From the NCBI GenBank assembly GCA_965220425.1, contig OZ244830.1, positions 2,488,468-2,552,467 of the forward strand: a stretch of 64,000 nt of DNA, in the 5' to 3' direction. Position numbers and translations under genes: made by a program. Under the pieces are notes generated by a model that searched no databases, was not told the DNA's origin, and saw nothing but the letters and a program-made list of their open reading frames with translations. This stretch comes from Candidatus Azophilus sp. GTDB taxonomy: Bacteria > Pseudomonadota > Gammaproteobacteria > Pseudomonadales > Azotimanducaceae. Positions 24,373 through 34,440 of this stretch are shown in pieces (position 1 is the stretch's first letter; the number at the start of each line of letters is the position of its first letter).

Positions 24373-26274
24373 TTACCGTGCCGGCCGCATCCAGATCGGC
24401 GAGGACCAGGCCCGGTCCTGGATGGTGGCGTGCATGTCGGGGTTGGGGGCGACGCCCGCCCGCAGGGCATCCCAGGTAGACCACCGGCACTTGGGGTTTT
24501 CCAGCGCGCGGGCATAGTAAAAAGCGCGTTGGCCGGGCTGGAAGCCGGGGTCGGTCCATACCGCGGAAAGTTCCGCCGCTCCCCTGTCCCGGCTGACCGC
24601 ACAGGTGGCGATGTCGACGGTAGCGCCGTTGTCCGGGCAGCGGTGGGTCTCGTCATCGACCTGCCCGCCGTCGGAGCAGGCGACATCGTAGACCTGCTCG
24701 AAGGTTTCGCCGTCCTCGATCCAGCCCTTGACGACCTGCAGGCGTTGCAGGGGCGCCGTGGCGGGGTCGCGCAGCGCCCAGACGAAAAACCCGGGCGCCG
24801 GGCCGCCTTTGGGCGACAGGTCGGCGCCCATGGGTACGCCCCTGTCATAGGCGGCGGCGATCGCGTTCTCGGCGTCCAGCATCGACTCGTCGATACCTGG
24901 CCCGGCGAAGAATCGAACGCGGATGCGCGGGCCGCTGGTCGCGAAGGTCTCCTTGCGGCGGAAAGCGCTGTAGATGGCATCACGGGTATTCGATTCCGCC
25001 CAGGCGCCCGCAAGGCCGGAGGCGCCCCAGGTGCGGCCGTCCACCGGATGGCCCTGGGGCAGGCTCTCCCCGGCATCGCCGGGAGGCACGGATCCGCGTA
25101 GTTGCGGCGTCGCGTCCACCACCCCGACCTTGCCCACATAGTTGTCTTCCCGGAACAAACCCGCCGCATTGTGCGTATCGGACGAGCCGATCAGGCCGAA
25201 CCGGTACGGATTGGAACCCCGGTCATCCTCCATGACGAGACCCCGGAGCCAGGCATTGCGCACGTAGCTCCCCGCGGGTTGACTGGGTAACGGCGAACCC
25301 GCCCGTTGGCTGGAGATGCCGAAATCGGCCCACTCATCGTTGGGCGAGAGCATGGGGTGGGTATCGGACGTACCCTTGACCTGGGTGATTTCGACCAGCG
25401 GCTCGTTGCGCAGGCGCTGATTCGCGTAGACGGCGTCGATGGGCCTGCCGGAGCGGTCGGCGGTTTCGAACATCATGCCGTTCGACCGGTTGGAATTGTG
25501 GGGGATGGCGAGCGACTCGATGCCGAGCGCCCGCAATCCGTCCATCCAGTCCCACAGGTCTTCCGGGTTCCGTGAATCGGTCGCGCTGAAGGGCAGGTCG
25601 GGTACGCCGCTCCCGCGGAAGATCACGTTGCGGTGCAGGATGGCGCCTTCGGGGCCCGATGTCGTGTATTCGTAGCCGATGAAGGTGGTGAACACACCCG
25701 GATCGTTATGCCGTTCGGTGGTCTCGACGATATCCCGCCACGCATCCTTGACGATATCGAGATTCAGCAGGTCCGCGGCCTCGGGCGAACGCAGCAGCGC
25801 CGGCGCGACTTCCAGGAAATACGTGAGCTTCTCCGAGGCGGTCCTGGCGTCGCGCAGCGCCATCGCCATCGGATGCGCGCCCACGGCCGAGGCGGGATCC
25901 GCCATGGCCTGCAATATGCCCAGGTAGGCGGCATGATCGGTCACCGCCTGGAAATCGAGCGGCCTGTCGAGCTGCATCTCGAATCCCGCGGGATGGTTGA
26001 GCGCTTCGCCCCTGGCGAACCGGTAGGCGTCGTCGGGAGTGGCGCGCGTACCGAATATGAAGGCGTCGAGCGAATAGAAGGTGTGGACGTGCAGGTCGCC
26101 GAAATAGGCGTTGCGGTCCGGGTTCGAGTCGATGGCCGGGGCCTGTTGCAACGCCGCTTGCCGCTCGATGGCCGCTTCCGGATCCGCACCGTCGTCCGGC
26201 TGCGCGCAACCCGCGAGCAGGCCGGCCAACAGCAGCGGCCTTAGTGCGAGGGCCTGGGGGGACGGACGATTCAC
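24373..26274 (-). CDS. DUF3604 family protein (PHP-like metal site), exported lipoprotein
   Basis: It has the hallmark YFGDLHVHTFYSLDAF. GTG 26274 gives MNRPSPQALALRPLLLAGLLAGCAQ (lipobox). The longest ORF would start at 26352. Confidence 0.8.
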   Translation of the reverse strand: MNRPSPQALALRPLLLAGLLAGCAQPDDGADPEAAIERQAALQQAPAIDSNPDRNAYFGDLHVHTFYSLDAFIFGTRATPDDAYRFARGEALNHPAGFEMQLDRPLDFQAVTDHAAYLGILQAMADPASAVGAHPMAMALRDARTASEKLTYFLEVAPALLRSPEAADLLNLDIVKDAWRDIVETTERHNDPGVFTTFIGYEYTTSGPEGAILHRNVIFRGSGVPDLPFSATDSRNPEDLWDWMDGLRALGIESLAIPHNSNRSNGMMFETADRSGRPIDAVYANQRLRNEPLVEITQVKGTSDTHPMLSPNDEWADFGISSQRAGSPLPSQPAGSYVRNAWLRGLVMEDDRGSNPYRFGLIGSSDTHNAAGLFREDNYVGKVGVVDATPQLRGSVPPGDAGESLPQGHPVDGRTWGASGLAGAWAESNTRDAIYSAFRRKETFATSGPRIRVRFFAGPGIDESMLDAENAIAAAYDRGVPMGADLSPKGGPAPGFFVWALRDPATAPLQRLQVVKGWIEDGETFEQVYDVACSDGGQVDDETHRCPDNGATVDIATCAVSRDRGAAELSAVWTDPGFQPGQRAFYYARALENPKCRWSTWDALRAGVAPNPDMHATIQDRAWSSPIWMRPAR

Positions 26275-26359
26275 TTGCCTGCGGATAGCACCAGCCGGGT
26301 CCCTGCCTTGCCGCCCGGTGCCGGCTTTCCCCCTCCCGACGACCGTTGCCATCGCGTCG

Positions 26360-26626
26360 TCAGGCCTTGCCGTTCCGGAACAGCGAAGGAAGCGCCCGAT
26401 CGTCGGTTTCCAGGATTTTCTCGACCCGGCCGTGGAAGCGCTGCCCGCCGCCTTCGTTGCGGCCGAACATGACGTGGGGAAAGACGGTCCATACGCCGGC
26501 CATCAGGTGAGCGTCGCCGACGTCTTCGATATCGTTGTAGTCGGCAAGGGACGGGTCCGGTGAACTGACCCGCTGATGGGGTCCCCAGGCGTAGCCGTCC
26601 TGTTCAATCAACTGCGTACGACTCAC
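26360..26626 (-). CDS. hypothetical 88-aa protein
   Basis: It has a strong GC3 coding bias. It is co-directional and tightly spaced between the ATPase and DUF3604 genes. I recognise no motif. Confidence 0.45.
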   Translation of the reverse strand: MSRTQLIEQDGYAWGPHQRVSSPDPSLADYNDIEDVGDAHLMAGVWTVFPHVMFGRNEGGGQRFHGRVEKILETDDRALPSLFRNGKA

Positions 26627-26700
26627 GAATGCCTCCCGTTGTCCGGCGCGGGATTATTGCAGATTGCCCGGAAACGTGCGGCCTGCGGGTTAAGCGTTGC

Positions 26701-27963
26701 TCAGACGGGGAATTCGGGAGCGAACAGCTTGAGGTTGTCCCGCTTGCCGCTCCAGGTGTCGAAGTCGGGATGCGTGTGGCCGGCGACGACAGCCGTCCCT
26801 CCCTCGGCGCTGTGGGAAAAGCAAAGAATCTCACTCGGCTCCGCACACCCCAGAAACCACGGGGAACGGGTTTCGACCAGAACCTGCACCCGCGGAGTGC
26901 TCGACAGCGACCGATAGGCCGCTTGCAGCGAGGGAACGTCCAGACCGTCCACCTCGTTCGGAATCAGCCAGATTCCGCGGCTGTCGGGCAAACGGGCGAG
27001 CAGGGTGAGGACGATCAGCCGCAAGGCGCCGCCGGAGACAGCCGAGAGGGGCAGTTGCACTCCAGACGTATCGCGAATCGAAACGCAGGCGTGACGATCG
27101 CCCGGCCGCTCGGTGACGAGGACATCCTCGAGTCCGGGCAGCGCCGAACGCAAATGCGCAATCCAGTCTGCAAATCCCGCGGCGTCCGTCGCACGGAACC
27201 GTCCCACCGCCGCGGACAGGTTTGAGCCATCCGGCTCGAGCGATGCCGCCGGCCAGCCCGGCGGGCTGGGGTGGCCGAGACCGGCTTCGTCCAATGCCAT
27301 GCGCTTTACCTGCCCGGTCAACGTTTGCCGGATGCGGGTGGCCACCGGGAACGATCCGGGTGCATCGGGCAGGTTGGCCAGAGTCGAGCGTCGCGGCCCG
27401 AAAGCGATGCGCACCGCCCAGCCCTTTCCTCCGGCCCCGGCGGTCTCGACATTGAAACTGTCGTTGCCGGTTGCGGATTTGCTGAACACGGTCATGGAGC
27501 CCCGGCGCCGGCTTCCCGACGGAACGGTCTCCGGTGGCGGGTCGGAGAACAGCGATTCCTGGGGTGAGGCCGATTCGGTGGCGCCGGGGATGAGAATGCC
27601 CCGTTCGGATTCGATGCAGGGGCCGCCGCCCCGGTCCGCCAGGGCTATCTCGTAACGGAAGCGCTGAAAGTTGCTCTCGCTGCCGAGCTTTTCCCGAAGG
27701 TCTTCGGAAATCTCGAACTCGGCGGCGATTTCAAAGCGCGGATCCTCCTCGGGCCGTCCCCATACCAGGTCCCGGAAGTCGTCGGCCCGGCTGATTGCCG
27801 CCGCTTCGGGCCCTTCCCGAACCAGGTCGCTCAGCAAGGCGATCGCGTCGAGCAGGGCGCTCTTGCCGCTGCCCGTGGCGCCCACAAGCACCTGGAACCG
27901 GCCCAGCATCACGTCCACATAGCGCAGACACCGGTAATGGAGTACCTGTATGCGGCGGATCAT
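26701..27963 (-). CDS. ABC-type (AAA_21/AAA_15-like) ATPase with degenerate Walker B and H-loop
   Basis: Walker A is VGATGSGKS. The signature-like segment is LSAVSGGALRL. At the position of hhhhDEPE it has IWLIPNEVDGLD, and at the position of TTHSP it has VETRSP. Confidence 0.8.
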   Translation of the reverse strand: MIRRIQVLHYRCLRYVDVMLGRFQVLVGATGSGKSALLDAIALLSDLVREGPEAAAISRADDFRDLVWGRPEEDPRFEIAAEFEISEDLREKLGSESNFQRFRYEIALADRGGGPCIESERGILIPGATESASPQESLFSDPPPETVPSGSRRRGSMTVFSKSATGNDSFNVETAGAGGKGWAVRIAFGPRRSTLANLPDAPGSFPVATRIRQTLTGQVKRMALDEAGLGHPSPPGWPAASLEPDGSNLSAAVGRFRATDAAGFADWIAHLRSALPGLEDVLVTERPGDRHACVSIRDTSGVQLPLSAVSGGALRLIVLTLLARLPDSRGIWLIPNEVDGLDVPSLQAAYRSLSSTPRVQVLVETRSPWFLGCAEPSEILCFSHSAEGGTAVVAGHTHPDFDTWSGKRDNLKLFAPEFPV

Positions 27964-28127
27964 GCCCGCAGTTTACAAGAACGCGTGCGAAAAACCCCAG
28001 TCCCAAGGGGGTTCCGGGCCCCGTTCGCGCGCGGGGATCGATGGCGACCCGGACGGCCCGCTGCGCACCTACATACCCATACCCCGTTCGCACGCACGCG
28101 GGGAGCGGCGGTTCTCGGAAAGAGAGT

Positions 28128-29579
<1,452 letters not shown>

Positions 29580-29716
29580 GCCGGCAACTGCCGAGATCGG
29601 CCATCGCGCGGATCCAGCGCCGTTCCACGAACTTGCGGCATTGCTTGCGGCGCCCCGCGGCCCGGATGAGTTCGCGCCGGGGCCATTTCAACTGTAATTG
29701 GAGTAATATCCGGTAC

Positions 29717-30622
29717 ATGGAGAACGCCAGCGCCGTCCCCGCGAGCATTGAGGACCGGCTTCGTCCGGAAGAGTTCCGGCGTTTCCTGGTGCGTTCCAAT
29801 ACCCGTGCGGCATGGACGACGGCGTTCAATCTGCTGGTCATGGCCGGCGCATTTGCCCTGCCGGCCCTGTGGCTAAATCCCGTCACCCTGCTGTTGTGCG
29901 CGATGCTTCTGGGTGGCCGTCAACTCGGGCTCGCGGTGCTCTACCACGAGTGCGCGCACCGGTCGTTTTTCGCGGGCAAGGGGCTCAACGACGGATTCGG
30001 CCGATGGCTGTTCGGCGGCTTGCTGAATACTTCCCTGACCCGCTATCGCATCTACCATCTCGCACACCATCGTCACGCCGGTACGGCGGAAGATCCCGAC
30101 CTGGCGCTTGCCAAAGCCTATCCGGCAACCCGGGCCAGCATGCGGCGCAAGCTGATCCGCGACTGCACCGGACAGACCGGGTTCAAGGACGTCAGGCAGC
30201 AGTTCAGCAAGCTTGGCCGGCGGCGCAATGCACCGTTCGTGGCGAGCCATGCAGCCCTTCTGACCGCGCTGGCGCTCGCCGGCGTTCCCTGGGCTTACCT
30301 GCTTTGGTGGGTCGCCTATCTGTTCGTCTACCAGGTGGTGGTGCGCATCCGCTTCATGAGCGAGCACGGCGTCGCCGCCGACCGCCTGAATGCGGACCCC
30401 CGGAACAACACCTGCACCACGCTGATCTCCTGGTGGGAACGGCTGCTGATCGGGCCGAACTTCGTCAACTATCACCTCGAACACCATCTGCACGCGGGGG
30501 TGCCCTGCTACCGCCTGCGCGCCTTCCACCGCCGGCTGAAGACCCGGGGTTATTTCGCCTCTGCGGATTGCATCTCCCGCGGCTACGCCCAGGTTCTGCG
30601 CAGGGCGACTCAGCCCGCCTGA
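29717..30622 (+). CDS. membrane fatty acid desaturase family protein
   Basis: Three histidine boxes: HECAH, HLAHHRH, HLEHHL. Confidence 0.85.
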   Translation: MENASAVPASIEDRLRPEEFRRFLVRSNTRAAWTTAFNLLVMAGAFALPALWLNPVTLLLCAMLLGGRQLGLAVLYHECAHRSFFAGKGLNDGFGRWLFGGLLNTSLTRYRIYHLAHHRHAGTAEDPDLALAKAYPATRASMRRKLIRDCTGQTGFKDVRQQFSKLGRRRNAPFVASHAALLTALALAGVPWAYLLWWVAYLFVYQVVVRIRFMSEHGVAADRLNADPRNNTCTTLISWWERLLIGPNFVNYHLEHHLHAGVPCYRLRAFHRRLKTRGYFASADCISRGYAQVLRRATQPA

Positions 30623-32095
30623 TCAGCCCACCTGAGCCGTCGGCGCCGGCGCATCGGCCGGTTGTTCGGCGATGCGCTCGATCTTGAACCCGGTGAATCC
30701 GTAAACCACCGACACGAGCGGGTTGATCAAGTTGAAGAAGCAGAACGGCAGGTAGGCCAGCGTCGGCACCCCGAGGGTCGCTGCCATGTAGGCGCCGCAG
30801 GTATTCCAGGGCACCAGCGGCGAGGTGATGGTGCCCGCGTCTTCGAGTACCCGCGCCAGGTTCTTCTCGTGCAGCCCACGCTTGGCGTATTCGACCTTGA
30901 ACATGCGCCCGGGCAGCACGATGGCGATGTACTGATCGGCGGTGAGCACGTTCAATCCCAGGCAGGTACCTGCCGTGGTGACGATCAGGCTGCCGGTGCT
31001 GCGGCTCAGTTTCACGAGCCCTTTCACCAGCGTATCCAGAATCCCCGCTTTCTCCATGGCGGATCCGAACGCCATGGCCGCCAGTACGAGCCACACGGTC
31101 GTGAGCATCGAACTCATGCCGCCGCGGGAAAGCAGCGAATCGAGGTTGGCATCGCCGGTGGTGGCGGCAAAACCGTCGAACAGCACGGTCCAGACACCGC
31201 GGTACATCAGCAGTGCGTTGGGCGCACCGGAATCGCCCGCCATCGCGAGCACGGCGTGGGGCTGGAAGAAGAGGGCGATGACAATGCCGGCGGCCACACC
31301 GCTCAGAATCGTGGCGACGGCCGGGACTTTGCGAGCCGCCATATAGACCACCAGCGCCACCGGCGCGAGCAGCAGCGGATTGATCTCGAAGTTGGCGTCG
31401 AGCAGCTTAAGCGTCGCATCCAGGGCGCTTTCCGGCTCGGCGCGGGATTCGCCGAGACCCATCAGCGCAAACAGGGTGAGGGCAATGAGCAGGCTCGGCG
31501 CCGTCGTCCAGATCATGTGGCGGATGTGGGTGAATATATCGATGCCGGTGACGGCGGGCGCCAGGTTGGTGGTATCGGACAGCGGCGACATCTTGTCGCC
31601 GAAATAGGCGCCGCCGATGATCGCTCCAGCCGTTATCTCCAGGGACAGGCCCATGCCGGAGGCAATGCCGATGAGGCCAATGCCCAGGGTGCCCGCCACG
31701 GTCCAGGAACTGCCGATGGAAAGCGCCGTGATTGCGCAGAGCAGGCAGGCAGCCGCGTAGAAGACGGCCGGATCGAGCAGCAGCATTCCGTAGTAGATCA
31801 TGGTCGGCACCGTGCCGCAGAGCATCCAGGCGCCAATCAGGCTGCCCACGGAAAAGAGGATGATCACCGCCGGCAGGGCCGTGGCAATGCCACCGACGAT
31901 GGTCTGCTCGATGACCTTCCAGTTGTGGCCGTTCTTGATGCCGATGCCGGCGGCCAGCGCCGCCCCGCAGACCAGCGCGATCTGGTTGGCGCCCTGAGAG
32001 GAGTCGCTGCCGTAGAGCGCCACGGACATGCCGAGGAGCAAGACGGTGACGCCTATGCACACGATGACATCGACGGCGCTGGCTGCTTTGACCAC
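30623..32095 (-). CDS. Na+/H+ antiporter NhaC family
   Basis: It has a polytopic NhaC-like sequence (GANQIALVCGAALAAGIGIKNGH, GSLIGAWMLCGTVPTMIYYG). GTG 32095 lies just after the upstream stop. The longer ORF to 32308 overlaps the upstream gene. Confidence 0.85.
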   Translation of the reverse strand: MVKAASAVDVIVCIGVTVLLLGMSVALYGSDSSQGANQIALVCGAALAAGIGIKNGHNWKVIEQTIVGGIATALPAVIILFSVGSLIGAWMLCGTVPTMIYYGMLLLDPAVFYAAACLLCAITALSIGSSWTVAGTLGIGLIGIASGMGLSLEITAGAIIGGAYFGDKMSPLSDTTNLAPAVTGIDIFTHIRHMIWTTAPSLLIALTLFALMGLGESRAEPESALDATLKLLDANFEINPLLLAPVALVVYMAARKVPAVATILSGVAAGIVIALFFQPHAVLAMAGDSGAPNALLMYRGVWTVLFDGFAATTGDANLDSLLSRGGMSSMLTTVWLVLAAMAFGSAMEKAGILDTLVKGLVKLSRSTGSLIVTTAGTCLGLNVLTADQYIAIVLPGRMFKVEYAKRGLHEKNLARVLEDAGTITSPLVPWNTCGAYMAATLGVPTLAYLPFCFFNLINPLVSVVYGFTGFKIERIAEQPADAPAPTAQVG

Positions 32096-32100
32096 TAGGT

Positions 32101-32613
32101 TCAGGCTCTGGGAGCCAACTCGAAGATCCAGAGTCCTTCCGGCTGGCCGGCCGTGTCGGAAGCGGCTTGGCCGAAGTACTTGCGGGCCAGTTCCTTGACG
32201 ATCGGCCGCATGCTTTCGCTGTCCCTGATGCGCACCAGGTAGCGGTCGTAGAGTGTGCCGTCGATGCGGACGATGGCGCGGCCGTCCCGGTCGGCCTCGA
32301 TGGGCCATTGCTTCCAGATCCTGCCCCAGGCGGAGTCCATGTAGCCGCAGGGAATGAAGGCCCGGCCCCCGTGATGCACCACCCAGGTGGTGCGCGACCT
32401 GGCGGGCTCAACGCTCTGCAACTCGATCGTGTCGATGTCCTCGACGAAGGACCAGTCCGGTTCCGGCCCGCGATACGGCTCGCCGGTCTTGAACGGGCCG
32501 CCTGCGACCATCCCCCAGGGACCGTCTGCGAAACGGACGCCGATGAGTGTGCCGGCGATCGCCACGACCAGTGCCAGAATAAAGCCGCCCAGAATACGCA
32601 GAATGAGTTTCAT
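32101..32613 (-). CDS. hypothetical membrane-anchored protein
   Basis: ATG 32613 gives MKLILRILGGFILALVVAIAGTLIG (signal anchor) plus about 140 aa. It shows coding-type GC3. I recognise no family. Confidence 0.6.
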   Translation of the reverse strand: MKLILRILGGFILALVVAIAGTLIGVRFADGPWGMVAGGPFKTGEPYRGPEPDWSFVEDIDTIELQSVEPARSRTTWVVHHGGRAFIPCGYMDSAWGRIWKQWPIEADRDGRAIVRIDGTLYDRYLVRIRDSESMRPIVKELARKYFGQAASDTAGQPEGLWIFELAPRA

Positions 32614-32816
32614 CGCGCGCTGCGTCCCGTTGTCAACCAGAGGACTGTAAACGGGGTGCCGGGTGCTGCGCAACGAAGGCCTGGCCGTTGACGCTGGCGC
32701 ACGATGCGAAAGCACCGGCGAACCGGTCGTCGCTGATCGCTTCAGTCCGGGTCCTGGGAGCATGGTATAAATACACAGCGACCGCCGCCGCATGGTGACA
32801 ACGCCGGGAGGGCCGC

Positions 32817-33060
32817 ATGGACCAGAGCACCGAATACGAACAGATCCGCTACGAACAACCCGCCGACCGGGTGGCCCGCATCACGCTGGCGCGGGCCGGG
32901 GCGTCGGACGTGCCACGGCCGGGAAGCTGGCGGGCGAGGACGCCTGCCTGGTGGTGAACGGCCTCGATGCGGCCGAAGCGGATGCGGCCGTGCAAGCCAT
33001 CGCGGACACCGATGCACTCGCCCCACCGGCCTGTCGTGGAATCACGCGGGATCAAGGAAG
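32817..33060 (+). pseudogene. gene-decay scar: crotonase N-terminus fused out of frame to an SDR N-terminal fragment
   Basis: MDQSTEYEQIRYEQPADRVARITLAR (crotonase start) shifts frame into RGVGRATAGKLAGEDACLVVNGLDAAEADAAVQAIADTDA (SDR Rossmann segment), then terminates. Confidence 0.45.
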
Positions 33061-33069
33061 GTAACGCTC

Positions 33070-33753
33070 ATGGAAGCCCCGCATCCGTTGCGCTCGGACT
33101 CGCCGCTGATTGTCTACATGGATTTCAAGAGTCCCTATGCCTATGTGGCACTGGAACCCACTTACCAACTCGAAGACGACTACGGCATCGAGATCGACTG
33201 GCGGCCGCTCACCCTCGATATCCCGAGTTATCTGGGTAGCGCCCGGCTGGATGACAAGGGAAAGGTGGTGGAAAGCAAACGCTCCGAAGAGCAATGGGCG
33301 AATGTCCGCTATGCCTACCGGGACACCAAGCGCACGGCGCGCCACCGCGATGTGATCCTCAGGGGCACGGTCAAGATCTGGGATTCGTCGCTGGCGGCCA
33401 TCGGCCTGATGTGGGCGAAAGCGCACGACCGGGCCGCGCTCAAGCGCTATTTCTTCAACGTCTACGAAAAATTCTGGCGGCGTGAACTCGACATCGAGGA
33501 TACAGGCGTCATCGAGGCCATGCTGGAGGGCGCGGGCGCGCCGCTGGCCGGGTTCCGCGAATTCTCCACCGGCGCCGGGCGGGCGCTGCACGACAGCCTC
33601 CAGGACAGCCTGCATCCCGCCGGGCTCTTCGGAGTACCGAGTTACGTGGTGGACGGGCAGATTTTCTTCGGAAGGGAGCACCTGCCGGCGGTGCGCTGGT
33701 GTCTCGAGGGGCGCAACGGGTCCGCGCCGGACGTTGCCTACGGGGTCTGGTGA
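33070..33753 (+). CDS. 2-hydroxychromene-2-carboxylate isomerase / DsbA-like thioredoxin-fold protein
   Basis: It has the LIVYMDFKSPYAYVALEP N-terminus typical of HCCA isomerase family proteins, and C-terminal FGVPSYVVDGQIFFGREHL. Confidence 0.85.
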   Translation: MEAPHPLRSDSPLIVYMDFKSPYAYVALEPTYQLEDDYGIEIDWRPLTLDIPSYLGSARLDDKGKVVESKRSEEQWANVRYAYRDTKRTARHRDVILRGTVKIWDSSLAAIGLMWAKAHDRAALKRYFFNVYEKFWRRELDIEDTGVIEAMLEGAGAPLAGFREFSTGAGRALHDSLQDSLHPAGLFGVPSYVVDGQIFFGREHLPAVRWCLEGRNGSAPDVAYGVW

Positions 33754-34355
33754 TGGAGCTCGTCACCTACATCGACTTCAACAGTCCCAACGCCTGGCTC
33801 GCGCTGAATCCGACCCGGCAGTTGGCCCGGGAAGTCGGTATCGGCGTCGATTGGCGGCCGTTTTCCCGCAAGCCCAGACCCCGGCTCGGCATTGATCCCC
33901 TTTCCAAAGGCGCGAGACATGCCCAAGTACGCGCCGGGTACCGGCGCCGCGAAGAAGCCTTCTACGCCGAACAACAGCGTATTCCACTGGTCTATCCCGA
34001 TCGCGAACGGGAAGCCTTCGCCGCGAACGCGGGCCTTGCCTGGCTGCGAAGCCTTCGGGGAACCGGTGTGAGCCGGTGCGATACCTACGTCAAGACGGTT
34101 TTCGAACGGGTGTGGAGCGGTGCGATGGACCCGCGCGACCCTGTTGCCGTAGGTGAGGCAGTCGCTTCGGCGGGCTGCGCGACGGAAGGATTCGACGACT
34201 GGCTCGAAGAGCACGCCGCAGGGGAGCTTGAAAAGCACCGCGGGCAAGCCCTGGAGTGGGGCGTCGTGGATGTCCCCGGCTATGTGGCCGATGGGGAGCC
34301 GTTCGTCGGCCGCGCGAACTTGCCGGTGATCCGCTGGTTGCTGAACGGCCCGTAG
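33753..34355 (+). CDS. second HCCA isomerase / DsbA-like paralogue
   Basis: The ATG overlaps the upstream stop (TGATG). Motifs: MELVTYIDFNSPNAWLALNP ... VDVPGYVADGEPFVGRANL. Confidence 0.8.
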   Translation: MELVTYIDFNSPNAWLALNPTRQLAREVGIGVDWRPFSRKPRPRLGIDPLSKGARHAQVRAGYRRREEAFYAEQQRIPLVYPDREREAFAANAGLAWLRSLRGTGVSRCDTYVKTVFERVWSGAMDPRDPVAVGEAVASAGCATEGFDDWLEEHAAGELEKHRGQALEWGVVDVPGYVADGEPFVGRANLPVIRWLLNGP

Positions 34356-34440
34356 TCGTTTCCACGGGACAGGCGCCGGGCAGCGGGCTGGCCCCGGCCT
34401 GACGAAGAGTAGCTATAATCAATCGACGGAGGAGGTTGCC

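Noticed and set aside
24023-24559. 178-aa minus-strand ORF, and an internal 69-aa ORF (MDRLSQRCVNDPLPKRL...), as a possible Fic-associated antitoxin or regulator.
   Set aside because: It overlaps the DUF3604 3' end, crosses an abrupt GC step, and has no motif or RBS. The Fic protein has its own internal inhibitory motif, so no separate antitoxin is required.
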